A stretch of DNA of 64,000 nucleotides from a bacterium. Lineage in GTDB: Bacteria > Patescibacteriota > Patescibacteriia > UBA9570. Within the stretch, counting starts at the first letter, position 1. Each line of letters starts with the position of its first letter. Both the position numbers and the translations under genes were made by a program. The notes beneath the pieces were generated by a model. It searched no databases. It had not been told where the DNA came from and saw nothing but the letters and a program-made list of their open reading frames with translations. The stretch lies in assembly GCA_030698395.1 (NCBI GenBank), contig JAUYKW010000001.1, forward strand, positions 29,735 through 93,734. Direction: 5' to 3'. Below, piece after piece: positions 23,001 to 31,986 of the stretch.

Positions 23001-23273
23001 CTTCACATAATAAGCAGCTGTACCAATAATACCCATTAATCTTTGCCGCATCGCTACCGCTCCAGTTTCCGTAAATGTTAAACACAAAATATTTTGCGGT
23101 TCCACTTGCGTTTTATCTAACAAATTCGCGATTCGTAACGCGATGATTTGTGTTTTTCCAGTTCCTGGACCTGCCAATACAAGTAAGGGACCATCTATAT
23201 GATCAACGGCCTTTTTTTGTTCAGGGTTTAATAAATTATATTGAGTAGAAAAAGCTTCTTCAAGATCCGGCAT
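20097..23273 (-). CDS. UvrD/PcrA-type SF1 helicase fused to a PD-(D/E)XK RecB-like nuclease
   Basis: AGPGTGKT, VDEYQDTN, GDDRQSIYRFQGA, RRLFYVALTRA; C-terminal GKIDKI...VDYKTG and Cys set CPR...CGECRYC. Confidence 0.92.
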   Translation of the reverse strand: MPDLEEAFSTQYNLLNPEQKKAVDHIDGPLLVLAGPGTGKTQIIALRIANLLDKTQVEPQNILCLTFTETGAVAMRQRLMGIIGTAAYYVKIGTFHAFCNDVIQDNPEKFLFTNNLDALTDVEQVKLFIDVIDKLAVDSPLKPFGAPYFYIRSLISSIQTLKRESISIEDYRKIVATLTALINDVTEQVEDFIAINARKLTMQDCENVVAVMKEADKSELVIKDLALFFDKYFIDSEDPEDSKNRTKFKQTIKRYFEKMKSQLPKQIALADIYELYQQELKERGRYDYEDMLLFVVDQFKQDDELLAVYQEQFQYILVDEYQDTNGAQNQVVDLLGSFFDDPNILTVGDDRQSIYRFQGASLENIIYFAKKFKNKISLVGLKQNYRSHQLILDAAESVIGHNDNSITKYLPDVNQQLVAAQDLPTSKVIVGEFENGHTELYWIVTNIQQLIADGADPSEIAILYRNNSDADDLMDVLEFMEVPFHLQAGLNILQDKQVSNLIELLRYIAASGSNDMLFYILHFDFLKLNLFDIMQLVVYARQEKEDMLTIMHKLDKHQDVGVVNVKPFVEFAKNIYNWRQMSINMPFVRFFEVLLDESGFLENVLQSPEKIEHLNRINTLLDEIKKLNRTDPAMNLKQFLEYFDLLKEHKLTVNEQELQTKKQAVRLMTAHRAKGMEFEHVFIMQCVDKHWGNVPNRQKITLPSGIVTNDVSNDIKEKNEDERRLFYVALTRAKLQVYITYPKFSATGRAIIPSIFLSEIDEQFMDVIDTNSVEDEALDRLQTILIKAPPRDYSQIERQYISDLLAEYKLSASHLNDYLECPRKFLYQDILRVPQPKDRSAGYGIAVHNSLEELVASYTKEKKLAGLKTFLERFEFYLSKQTLRKKDYTESLDFGNKELTAYYNEHQDRFKLPALVENSFSVEYESIPLTGKIDKIEIIDEEKKLAHIVDYKTGNPDNKTSKLAKGKEYHRQLLFYKLLCDQAPQFRYAVNTGEINFVQKSKKNEIYPHKMYEFSDEDVNGLKQLVIDTYTGIQNLEFLDAEENKMCGECRYCQQFAG

Positions 23274-23281
23274 GAATTTTT

Positions 23282-23668
23282 TTAATTCTCTGAATCTATA
23301 AACCGCACAGTAATATCATAGTATTCTTGTGACTTCGGTTTATTTACCACTACGTCCGGTTTGTATTTTTTAAAAGCATCGGATACTTTCCGTGCTAAAG
23401 AGATAGCTACTTTTTTATTTCGCAAATTACAGGTTATTGTATTTGACCCTGCTCGCATTTGGGCCAGCATAGAACTCTGTTTAGAATAATTTTTTATCAC
23501 ATTAGTAATTAAATGTAGTAATTCCTCTAAATTCTCGACTGCTTTTACATTACTGAACTTTACAGTGCTAATATGGATATCATGATCTAGTTTATCTTTA
23601 TTTGTTACGCCTCGATTAACCTTTGATCGTGCCCTGGAAGAATGTGTTGTTCCGCTTGGTGCTGTCAT
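23282..23668 (-). CDS. Hypothetical protein (weak resemblance to NMD3/BCAM0308-like C-terminal domain)
   Basis: KKVAISLARKVSDAFK segment; ATG at 23668. Confidence 0.45.
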   Translation of the reverse strand: MTAPSGTTHSSRARSKVNRGVTNKDKLDHDIHISTVKFSNVKAVENLEELLHLITNVIKNYSKQSSMLAQMRAGSNTITCNLRNKKVAISLARKVSDAFKKYKPDVVVNKPKSQEYYDITVRFIDSEN

Positions 23669-23743
23669 AATTTTTTTATTACTAACATGATTATTACTGC
23701 TTAATATTAGCATTGATTTGCATGATGTTCAATATTTTGTCAC

Positions 23744-23803
23744 AATCTTCCTATCAGTGTGATTTATCACAAGCTCTTTTTTTGCAACACATCTAGGGAG
23801 ATT
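23744..23803 (+). promoter_or_regulatory. 5' leader hairpin sequestering an SD-like AGGGAG; contains boxA-like gctctttttttgcaac
   Basis: aatcttccta (23744-53) pairs with tagggagatt (23794-803). Confidence 0.5.
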
Positions 23804-23808
23804 TCACC

Positions 23809-24783
23809 ATGTTCAAGATCAACACAGATGATCGAATCGACCGCGCCATCAAGGCATTCATCAAGCTGACAGTCCGAGACGGACTGTTCGTCCTGTTCGC
23901 AGGAACGCTAGCCAGATTCTTCTATCGATGGAGGCCGGAACACAATCCTCTTCTGGGAATGGCTACATCGTGGAACGAACAGGTCTTCGCTGAGTGCCTC
24001 GAGCCGATCGGTGTAAGGTGCACAATAGAAACGGATCTGGAAATGAACGACTTCTCAGGTCTCACGGTGGTTCTCTGCAACCACCCACATACCCTGGAAT
24101 CCACCATTCCTCCGCTGATCACTCTGCGGAAGATATCAAGTCGCATCATCATGGTGATCAAGAGCAGTCAGGTCTTCCAGCCCATTGGCATGGCGCTATG
24201 GATGTTAGACGCTGCCGTGATCGTGAACCGCCTATACATGATGTGGCCTTTCCGGCTCTGGCCAGCTCTCGCTCTACTGATGAAGCACTACTCGATGATT
24301 TGGTACCGCAGGCAGTTGCAGCATGTACACGCCGAAGCAGTACGTCGCAACGAGCCTATCGCCCTGCTGATGTTCCTGAATCGCCGCTGGACGCAAGAAC
24401 GCTACGAGAAAGAACTGGCAAAGTTCACGGACAGCGTACCGGGCAGTGATACGTGGCTGCAGTACGGTCTGATCGCCAAGAGCGGGGGCCTGTACGAAGT
24501 ACTCCAGGCCACCGGCCACATTGGCATCCGGGTCGTGAGCTTGACAATGGCATCCACGGCGAGGCACGACAGGAAGTCGACTTCCTTCAAAGCGATGGGC
24601 GGCGTTAAGCAGTTGGTAAAGATCGAAGATGTGACCATCCAACTGCACACGATGGCAGACGGAACAGACCTCCGCCAGATCACCGAACCCCAACTTCGAA
24701 CCTGGCTGAATCTGACGCTGTGGCCACACATGATGGTGGACATCATACGGCCATGGTGCAACAAGCACACTGAAACGGAGTAA
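23809..24783 (+). CDS. GC-rich gene, PlsC-like acyltransferase-family protein (divergent)
   Basis: VVLCNHPHTLE resembles the NHxxxxD motif; SD-like agggag upstream; GC far above neighbours. Confidence 0.55.
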   Translation: MFKINTDDRIDRAIKAFIKLTVRDGLFVLFAGTLARFFYRWRPEHNPLLGMATSWNEQVFAECLEPIGVRCTIETDLEMNDFSGLTVVLCNHPHTLESTIPPLITLRKISSRIIMVIKSSQVFQPIGMALWMLDAAVIVNRLYMMWPFRLWPALALLMKHYSMIWYRRQLQHVHAEAVRRNEPIALLMFLNRRWTQERYEKELAKFTDSVPGSDTWLQYGLIAKSGGLYEVLQATGHIGIRVVSLTMASTARHDRKSTSFKAMGGVKQLVKIEDVTIQLHTMADGTDLRQITEPQLRTWLNLTLWPHMMVDIIRPWCNKHTETE

Positions 24784-24812
24784 TCCGTAGGAGGTAAACA
24801 ATATAATAGGAG

Positions 24813-24853
24813 GGCACGAGGGTAGAAGATTAAAAATCAACTACCCTCTCGCC
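24813..24853 (+). terminator. Bulged 3' hairpin
   Basis: gagggtag (24818-25)/ctaccctc (24841-48) with inner gatt/aatc. Confidence 0.5.
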
Positions 24854-24874
24854 ATTTCTGGTATAATAATGCAC

Positions 24875-25747
24875 ATGCCAGAATTACCAGAAATAGAAAC
24901 GCTTGCTCAAGGATTGCGCAAAGTAGTTCAAGGAAAAACCATTAAAAATTTAGAAATCTTCGAAAAGAAGCAATTTAAAGGCACGGCGCAAGAACTGAAA
25001 AAGTTTGTATACAAAAAAAAGATTAAGGCTATTAATAGAAAAGCTAAATGGCTGATGATTGAACTATCTTCTGGCTACAGCTTCATTGTTCATCTCCGCA
25101 TGACTGGACAATTGCTTTATCAAAAAAATAAAAAATCCAGCTTCCTGGGTGGTCACACTCCAGGTAATGAAATAATCACCTATCCTAATAGTCACACAAG
25201 GATAATTTTTAATTTTACGGATAATAGCCAACTATTTTTTCAAGATCAAAGAAAATTTGGATATATCCAGCTCTATAGCCCACAAGAAGTCTCAGATTAT
25301 TTTACAAGTAGAGATCTTGGTTTAGAACCATTGGATAAAAACTTTACATTCGAATACTTCAACGACCAACTTAAACGTCGCTCCAGAACAAGTATCAAAG
25401 CAGCCTTGCTTAACCAATCTGTTCTCAGCGGAATTGGTAATATCTATGCCGATGATATTTGTTGGACAGCTAAAGTTCGACCTACCAGAAAAGTAGGAAC
25501 CTTAACAATATCGGAAAAGAAAGCACTGCATGTAGCTAGTAAAAAGATTATTCAGCAAGCTATTAAATTAGGTGGCACTACCTTTAGTCATTATTTACAA
25601 GTAGATGGCAAACTAGGACAATATTGGAAATACCGTAAAGTTTATGGCCGAACCAATGAACCGTGTCGCAAATGCAAAACTCCAATCAAAAAAATTCGCA
25701 CTGCTGGACGTGGCACTCATTATTGTCCACAATGCCAGCCTGCGTAG
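24875..25747 (+). CDS. mutM: Formamidopyrimidine-DNA glycosylase
   Basis: MPELPE start, HLRMTG, GIGNIYAD, C4 zinc finger. Confidence 0.97.
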   Translation: MPELPEIETLAQGLRKVVQGKTIKNLEIFEKKQFKGTAQELKKFVYKKKIKAINRKAKWLMIELSSGYSFIVHLRMTGQLLYQKNKKSSFLGGHTPGNEIITYPNSHTRIIFNFTDNSQLFFQDQRKFGYIQLYSPQEVSDYFTSRDLGLEPLDKNFTFEYFNDQLKRRSRTSIKAALLNQSVLSGIGNIYADDICWTAKVRPTRKVGTLTISEKKALHVASKKIIQQAIKLGGTTFSHYLQVDGKLGQYWKYRKVYGRTNEPCRKCKTPIKKIRTAGRGTHYCPQCQPA

Positions 25748-25767
25748 ATATGCTATAATGTTCACAC

Positions 25768-25895
25768 AACATAGGAGCGTCCGAACAGTTCTATCGAACT
25801 GAACGGACTGAGATGTATCCTTAAAACCTGATCTGGGTAATGCCAGCGAAGGGAATGTATCGTCTATATTATACATTCCCTTAGGGGAATTTTTT
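25768..25895 (+). ncRNA. TPP riboswitch with transcriptional expression platform
   Basis: ggagcg...ctgaga...aacctgatctgggtaatgccagcgaaggga core; downstream atacattccctt can pair with aagggaatgtat or form the ttccc/gggaa hairpin followed by a T run; upstream of a thiamine transporter. Confidence 0.93.
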
Positions 25896-25920
25896 AATAA
25901 CTAATAATTATCCAGCACTT

Positions 25921-26988
25921 ATGAAAAAGCTTCTTGCAGTTTCAATGTTAACAGCATTATTTTTCGGAGGATGTACCTTTGGAAGACTAGATGATGATAA
26001 AAAAGATTCAGTTAATCAATCGTCAGAACCAACAACAATCACATTGTATGCATATGACAGTTTAACAGCAGATTATGGTTTACTGCCTCAAATGCTAACA
26101 CAATTTGAAGAAGACAATAACGCAAAAGTAAAAGTTGTTTCTTTTGATGATACCGGCACAATGCTGGGCCAAGTTATTCAGGAAAAAGATAAACCCAAAG
26201 CAGATTTAGTAATGGGATTAGACAATGTAGATTACATCCAAGTTTCTAAAAACGATATTTTTACTTCTTATAAATCTGGTTTAAGTGAAGAAATCGGTGA
26301 TAAACTAAAATTTGGCAATGATAATTTGATGACGCCATTTGATTTTGGTTACATTGGCTTTGTTTACGACACAGAGGCAATTGAATTTCCAGAAGCAATT
26401 AGTTTAACAGACCTTTCAACTGACACTTATAGAGACAAAGTAATTATTGAACAAGCAGGTATATCTTCTCCTGGTACTCAACTGCTACTTTGGACCAATG
26501 CGGCTTTAGGAGATAATGACGCAGATATATTTTGGAGAGGCATGGCAAGAAATGTTTTGACCGTAGCACCAGATTGGACAACGGCTTACTATTCCATGTT
26601 TTTGAATGACGAGGCTCCAATCGTATTAAGCTACTTAACTAGTCCCGCTTACCATATCGATCAAGAACAAACTGAAAGATACGCAGCAGTTCCTATTAAA
26701 GAAGGATACGTTAGACAAATTGAAGGAATCGGAATTGTAAATGGCACTGAACAAAAAGAATTAGCTCAAAACTTTGTGGATTATCTACTTACAGATGAAG
26801 TACAAAATAAAATTCCAACTACGCAATGGATGTTTCCAGTACTTGGCAATGAAAGTGAATGGCCAGAAGCATTCAATAAAATTATTGTTCCAGAAAAGAA
26901 ACAAATACTCTCCATTCCAGAAGATGAATTGACAGCCAACTTAGATCAATGGCTAAAGGAATGGAATCAAACATTCAGCATTCAATAA
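25921..26988 (+). CDS. thiB: Thiamine ABC transporter substrate-binding lipoprotein
   Basis: Lipobox FFGGC; YAYDS, ADLVMGLDN, VLSYLTSPAYH, IPTTQWMFPV. Confidence 0.92.
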   Translation: MKKLLAVSMLTALFFGGCTFGRLDDDKKDSVNQSSEPTTITLYAYDSLTADYGLLPQMLTQFEEDNNAKVKVVSFDDTGTMLGQVIQEKDKPKADLVMGLDNVDYIQVSKNDIFTSYKSGLSEEIGDKLKFGNDNLMTPFDFGYIGFVYDTEAIEFPEAISLTDLSTDTYRDKVIIEQAGISSPGTQLLLWTNAALGDNDADIFWRGMARNVLTVAPDWTTAYYSMFLNDEAPIVLSYLTSPAYHIDQEQTERYAAVPIKEGYVRQIEGIGIVNGTEQKELAQNFVDYLLTDEVQNKIPTTQWMFPVLGNESEWPEAFNKIIVPEKKQILSIPEDELTANLDQWLKEWNQTFSIQ

Positions 26989-28523
26989 GCAAACTAAATA
27001 AAATAGCAGGTTGGCATACTTTTGCCATCCTGCTGATTGGCGGTGGTATTGTATTTACAATTTTCCTACCTCTGGGTTATTTAGTTAACTCGGCATTTAC
27101 TGAATCTTCAGAATTTATAATTTCTTCAGTAGCCTGGTCGCGTATTTGGTTTAGCTTATGGCAAAGTTCTGCTACCGTTGTGTTATCATTATTAATAGGT
27201 GGCGGTTTAGCCATAGCTGAACATACTTATAAAGAAAAATTTTCACGCTGGTTTCTGCTAATCATGACATTACCAATTTTTCTCCCAGGTGTAATTGTTG
27301 CTGTTGGATTTATCGCTATTTGGGGCAATGCCGGATATGTGAACGAGACACTCCAATCCTTTGGTTGGCAACCAATTAAGTTTCTCTACTCTCCAGCCGC
27401 TATCATTGCTGGACACTGTTTTTATAATATTCCACTTGCCTATATAGCCATCCGTTTACGTTTATTATCTGTACATCACAATTTAGAAGATAGCGCACAA
27501 GTTTTGGGTGCCAACTGGTGGAAAATTTTTACTACAATTATTCTTCCCCGTTTACGCAGTACAATTATCGGTATTGGTATTATAATTTTCCTATATTCTT
27601 TTATGAGTTTTGCATTACCGTTGGTTTTAGGTGGAATTGAGTATCAAACACTAGAAGTATATATATACAATTTAGCATCGCAACAATTTAATTACTCCAC
27701 AGCTGCACTATTAGCAATAATTCAACTGATTAGTTTAGGAGTGATTACTTTACTAAGTCTAAGATACATTAATGATGTCCAAGAAAAATTTATCAAACAC
27801 CAGAAGAGTAATAATTTTGCTAGCAACACAACAATTTTCCTATTTGTCCGAGTAGTATTATCAATTTTAATCATCGCTCCCCTCCTGGCCACAGTATTTA
27901 AAGGTTTCAACGGAAACAGTATCGTTACTTTAGCTGAATCATCTTTTATTTCTGCATGGATACGAACTTTTATTATCTCTGCTGTAACTATAAGTATAGC
28001 CACCATGGCCGGTTTATATATCGCTATTAGTGTTCCAAAAAAACATCAGCCTAAAATATTATTAATTCTAGCTATATCTCCTGTTACTTTAAGTTTGGCT
28101 TGGCGCCTACTATACGGCCAATCACTCTTCTTCATGGTTACCGCCTACATAACATTACTCTTACCATTAGCAACTTATGTAGTACATAATTCCTGGCAAG
28201 CTAGACCAGTTCATTTTAATGAAACACTATCAATTTTAGGTGCTAACAAATTTCAGCAATTAAAATCTAAGGCTCGTCTGCTATTTCCAGCAATTGCCCA
28301 AATTATTGCTTTGGGCTTTGCCTTTGTTTTTGGCGACATTGCTGTTTCCGGCATACTCACTCCCTATCAGCATCCCACTGTGATGAGTTTAAGCTATGAT
28401 TTAATGGGATCGTACCGCTTTAATATTGCAGCTACTAGCATGAGTTTAATTTTAGGATCAATATTAATTTTAGTTTTTTTAACATTTTTTATATCATCTC
28501 GCTATGATGCTAGAAGTTTCTGA
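26949..28523 (+). CDS. thiP: Thiamine ABC transporter permease
   Basis: Duplicated permease with EAA-like loop (LEDSAQVLGA); HCFYNIPLA. Confidence 0.88.
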   Translation: MAKGMESNIQHSISKLNKIAGWHTFAILLIGGGIVFTIFLPLGYLVNSAFTESSEFIISSVAWSRIWFSLWQSSATVVLSLLIGGGLAIAEHTYKEKFSRWFLLIMTLPIFLPGVIVAVGFIAIWGNAGYVNETLQSFGWQPIKFLYSPAAIIAGHCFYNIPLAYIAIRLRLLSVHHNLEDSAQVLGANWWKIFTTIILPRLRSTIIGIGIIIFLYSFMSFALPLVLGGIEYQTLEVYIYNLASQQFNYSTAALLAIIQLISLGVITLLSLRYINDVQEKFIKHQKSNNFASNTTIFLFVRVVLSILIIAPLLATVFKGFNGNSIVTLAESSFISAWIRTFIISAVTISIATMAGLYIAISVPKKHQPKILLILAISPVTLSLAWRLLYGQSLFFMVTAYITLLLPLATYVVHNSWQARPVHFNETLSILGANKFQQLKSKARLLFPAIAQIIALGFAFVFGDIAVSGILTPYQHPTVMSLSYDLMGSYRFNIAATSMSLILGSILILVFLTFFISSRYDARSF

Positions 28524-29211
28524 TTGCTCGGTTCAAATCCAGCAACAAAAAATATTATCCAATATATCTTTCTCTACTGTTGCAGATGAAAACCTAAGTA
28601 TTATTGGTCCGTCTGGTGCTGGCAAAACCACTCTATTACGTTGCATTGCTGGTCTACAAAAATATTCTGGAAGCATAATAATTGATAGTAAAGCAATTAA
28701 CGAATTGCCAATCCATGAAAGAAACTTTGGTTTTGTTGATCAACAACTCAATCTATTTCCGCATCTCACAATTTATGAAAATATCGCCTACCCGCTGAGA
28801 GTTAGAAAAATGCCAAAAGGCGAAATAAAACAACGCGTATCTCACATCATGGAACGCTTCAATATATTACAATACAAGAAAAAATTACCTCAAGAATTAA
28901 GTGGGGGCGAGCAACAACGTGTAGCATTTGCTAGAACTTTAGTCTATAAACCACGACTACTATTATTGGACGAACCATTTGGCTCTCTAGACACCATGCT
29001 GAGATATGAATTAGCCAGCTGGTTGCGGGAAATTCTTCAAAAAAATAATACTCTCACATTATTTGTGACTCATGATATTAAAGAGGCAAAATTTTTTAGC
29101 AAACGTAGTATGGTATTGCATGAAGGTAAAAAAATTGGCCATGGAACATGGCCAGCCTTAGAAACTTATAATAATTCCACAATACAACGAATGCTCAAAG
29201 AACCTTTTTGA
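28504..29211 (+). CDS. thiQ: Thiamine ABC transporter ATP-binding protein
   Basis: GPSGAGKT, LSGGEQQR, LLLDEPF; operon context. Confidence 0.85.
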   Translation: MMLEVSDCSVQIQQQKILSNISFSTVADENLSIIGPSGAGKTTLLRCIAGLQKYSGSIIIDSKAINELPIHERNFGFVDQQLNLFPHLTIYENIAYPLRVRKMPKGEIKQRVSHIMERFNILQYKKKLPQELSGGEQQRVAFARTLVYKPRLLLLDEPFGSLDTMLRYELASWLREILQKNNTLTLFVTHDIKEAKFFSKRSMVLHEGKKIGHGTWPALETYNNSTIQRMLKEPF

Positions 29212-29217
29212 TTCCTA

Positions 29218-29661
29218 TTAAGATGAGCTTAATAAATCCTGTAATTCGTTAAATAACTCAACTCTACGTTGCGCTGCATTTCGAAGCTCTCTACCAAGAA
29301 AAGCAGCCTCCTCTTTAGTTACTTCTTCCATCTCTTCTAAGTCATCAGCTACCAACATTACAGCTTCCGCATTTATTGATAATCTAGTTATGATCGATGA
29401 AACATCTGGTGGATTTAATGTTTTATCTATAATACTCTTTGCAATAACTAATTGCTGTTCAACAGCATAATATAGCCTATTTTTTAAATGCACAGGTTGT
29501 AATGTTATTTCATCTGGCTTCATCACGAACTCTCTCAGTGTAGATACCACATGATCAATCTGCTCCTGATTACGAAGCCACATAGTACTCAACTCTCCCT
29601 GCTCATCTTCAGGTTGTTCTATGTGTGAGCCTTTAGATTCAATATTTTGTCCAATTTCCAT
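29218..29661 (-). CDS. Hypothetical protein
   Basis: 147-aa helical ORF filling the gap between convergent and divergent neighbours. Confidence 0.6.
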   Translation of the reverse strand: MEIGQNIESKGSHIEQPEDEQGELSTMWLRNQEQIDHVVSTLREFVMKPDEITLQPVHLKNRLYYAVEQQLVIAKSIIDKTLNPPDVSSIITRLSINAEAVMLVADDLEEMEEVTKEEAAFLGRELRNAAQRRVELFNELQDLLSSS

Positions 29662-29749
29662 GCGTATATATTAGCATTCTACTCCTCATGTAGCAATCGA
29701 TAATTCTGCTCTTGTGATTAAAGTAACTGCAGTATATTATATGTATATT

Positions 29750-30472
29750 ATGACAAAAGAAAGCATGGACTCCCTAAAAAGAAAGCTCAAGAAAAAAGAT
29801 GCTGAACTAAAGATTTTGCATCAGATTACTGATACCATCAGTTATAATTTGAATCTTGATGAAGTTTTAAAAGAAGTTGTATCCATTGTGTCCGATACAA
29901 TGAAGGCGGATTCTTGCTTAATCTACCTCACATCAGATCATTCTATTATCCTGAAGGCATCTAAAATTCCCCATCCAAATATGATTAATTCGGTAATTAT
30001 GCATTTAGATGAAGGTATTACGGGTTGGGTTGCAAAACACAGAAAAACGGTAATTATAGAAAAAGAAGCATACCTAGACAATAGATTTAAAACCGTCAGC
30101 CGACTAAGTGAGGACAAATGGGAATCTTTCGTATCAGTTCCAATTATTCATCAAGATAAATTAGTAGGAGTAATTAATATTCAAAATAAAAAAAGCAAGA
30201 AATATCAAAAAGATCAGATTAAATTATTGTCCACAATTGCCTCCCAAGTTGGTGGGGCCATTTCAAATGCTCAACTAATATCAGAGACTAGGGTATTAAA
30301 AGAAGCACTCAAAACTCGTAAAGTTGTAGAAAAAGCAAAGGGTTTGTTGATGAAAAGTAATAACATTTCGGAGAATGAGGCTTATGAAATGATCAGAAGA
30401 AAATCTATGAATTCTAAGAAAACAATGAAAGAAATTGCGGAAGCCATTATACTAACTTTAAACATAGTATAA
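29750..30472 (+). CDS. GAF + ANTAR RNA-binding antiterminator
   Basis: GAF (EGITGWVA, SVPII..DKLVGVIN) and ANTAR (RKVVEKAKGLLM...SENEAYEMIRRKSMN...EIAEAII). Confidence 0.92.
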   Translation: MTKESMDSLKRKLKKKDAELKILHQITDTISYNLNLDEVLKEVVSIVSDTMKADSCLIYLTSDHSIILKASKIPHPNMINSVIMHLDEGITGWVAKHRKTVIIEKEAYLDNRFKTVSRLSEDKWESFVSVPIIHQDKLVGVINIQNKKSKKYQKDQIKLLSTIASQVGGAISNAQLISETRVLKEALKTRKVVEKAKGLLMKSNNISENEAYEMIRRKSMNSKKTMKEIAEAIILTLNIV

Positions 30473-30473
30473 T

Positions 30474-30579
30474 TTGACCTCTATAATAAACGTAGTATAA
30501 TAAATTGGTACAAAGAAGTACGATTTAAAAAAGACGATGATGTCTTTTACTCCCGATGATGGGGATGAAAGATTTTTTT
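30474..30579 (+). promoter_or_regulatory. glnA promoter plus dual-hairpin ANTAR target overlapping an intrinsic terminator
   Basis: ttgacc-16-tataat; hairpins gtac[aaagaa]gtac and aaaagac[gatgat]gtctttt with hexaloops (G at position 4); terminator tctttt...aaaga followed by a T run. Confidence 0.8.
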
Positions 30580-30595
30580 ATTAAAAATTATATAT

Positions 30596-31915
30596 ATGAC
30601 AAAAGAAGATATTTTACATAAATGCAAACAAGAAGAAGTAACCATGGTTGGCTTTTGGTTTACAGACATATTGGGTCAACTAAAAGGTATAACCTTTCCA
30701 ATTGGACGTTTAAAACAATACCTAGAAGAAGGCGCATTTTTTGATGGATCTTCTATTGATGGATATGCCAGAATCGAAGAAAGCGATTTAGTATTAAAAC
30801 CAGATCTTGATTCCTTCGCTATTATTCCTCTAAATGCAGATGTGCATAAAATTGCTCGATTTATGTGCAGTGTCTACGATGCTCATGACAAACCTTATCA
30901 TAGCGATCCGAGAAATGTTTTGGCGCGTAACTTAGTATACGCTAAGGAAAAAGGATTTGATCTATTTACTGGACCAGAACTAGAATATTTCTATTTCAAA
31001 AATAGTACATCCACCGAAGGTTTAGATGTACAAGGTGCATACTTCGATCAAATGACCATGCACGAGGGATCCATCTTACGTGAACGCACAGTAGAAGCAT
31101 TAGAAAAATTAGATTATAAAGTAGAACGTGGCCATCACGAAGTTGCTCCATCCCAACATGAAATAAACATGCGTTATGCAGAAGCTCTAAAAATGGGAGA
31201 CATTGTAATGACTTACAAATTCATCGTTAAAGAAATTGCCAGAGAACACGATGCCTTTGCCAGTTTCATGCCAAAGCCTGTATTCGGCGAAAATGGTAGT
31301 GGCATGCATGTACATTTGTCCTTATGGAAAGAAGGGGTAAATACTTTTTATGATGCCAATGATGAATACGGTTTATCGACTACAGCAAAATCATTTTTGG
31401 CTGGAATTTTAAAACATATGCGTGAAATTGTATTGGTCACTAACCAACATGTAAATTCCTATAAACGCCTAGTACCAGGCTATGAAGCTCCGGTTTACAT
31501 TGCATGGGGTCGACGCAATCGTTCTACGCTTCTTCGTGTTCCACTAACCAAAGGAAATGAAAAAGCTGCGCGCGTAGAATTACGTTGCCCAGATCCAGCG
31601 GCAAATCCTTATCTTTCTTTCGCAGTAATGTTAAGAGCAGGTCTTAAAGGTATTGAAGAAAATTATGAACTACAGCAATCAACCGAGGAAAGCATCTTTG
31701 AAATGAGCGATCAAGAAATGGAAGATAGAGGTATTAATGCATTACCTGGAAGCTTAAGAGAGGCCATCGAAGAAGCTAAACAAAGCGACTTATTAAAAGA
31801 AACATTAGGACAAGAAGTGTTCGATAAGTTAATCGAAAATAAAATAATAGAATGGAATAAATATCGTACTCAAGTACATCAATACGAAATCGATACTTAT
31901 TTACCGGTGTTATAA
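30596..31915 (+). CDS. glnA: Glutamine synthetase type I
   Basis: FDGSSI, HHEVAPSQHEI, FMPKP, NGSGMHVH, YKRLVPGYEAP, RVELRCPD. Confidence 0.97.
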   Translation: MTKEDILHKCKQEEVTMVGFWFTDILGQLKGITFPIGRLKQYLEEGAFFDGSSIDGYARIEESDLVLKPDLDSFAIIPLNADVHKIARFMCSVYDAHDKPYHSDPRNVLARNLVYAKEKGFDLFTGPELEYFYFKNSTSTEGLDVQGAYFDQMTMHEGSILRERTVEALEKLDYKVERGHHEVAPSQHEINMRYAEALKMGDIVMTYKFIVKEIAREHDAFASFMPKPVFGENGSGMHVHLSLWKEGVNTFYDANDEYGLSTTAKSFLAGILKHMREIVLVTNQHVNSYKRLVPGYEAPVYIAWGRRNRSTLLRVPLTKGNEKAARVELRCPDPAANPYLSFAVMLRAGLKGIEENYELQQSTEESIFEMSDQEMEDRGINALPGSLREAIEEAKQSDLLKETLGQEVFDKLIENKIIEWNKYRTQVHQYEIDTYLPVL

Positions 31916-31934
31916 AAAAGTAAATATAAGAAAT

Positions 31935-31972
31935 AAAATGTAGGGACGTAGCATGTTACGTCCCTACATTTT
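31935..31972. repeat. GTAG-type REP-like palindrome, likely a bidirectional terminator
   Basis: aaaatgtagggacgta/tacgtccctacatttt perfect 16-bp IR. Confidence 0.75.
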
Positions 31973-31986
31973 TCTAATATATAACT

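Noticed and set aside
23922-24840. Several overlapping ORFs inside the GC-rich acyltransferase-like gene
   Set aside because: Stop codons are scarce in GC-rich DNA; no motifs or ribosome-binding sites
24813-24853. 3' bulged hairpins as integron attC sites
   Set aside because: No RYYYAAC/GTTRRRY boxes and no integrase in the window
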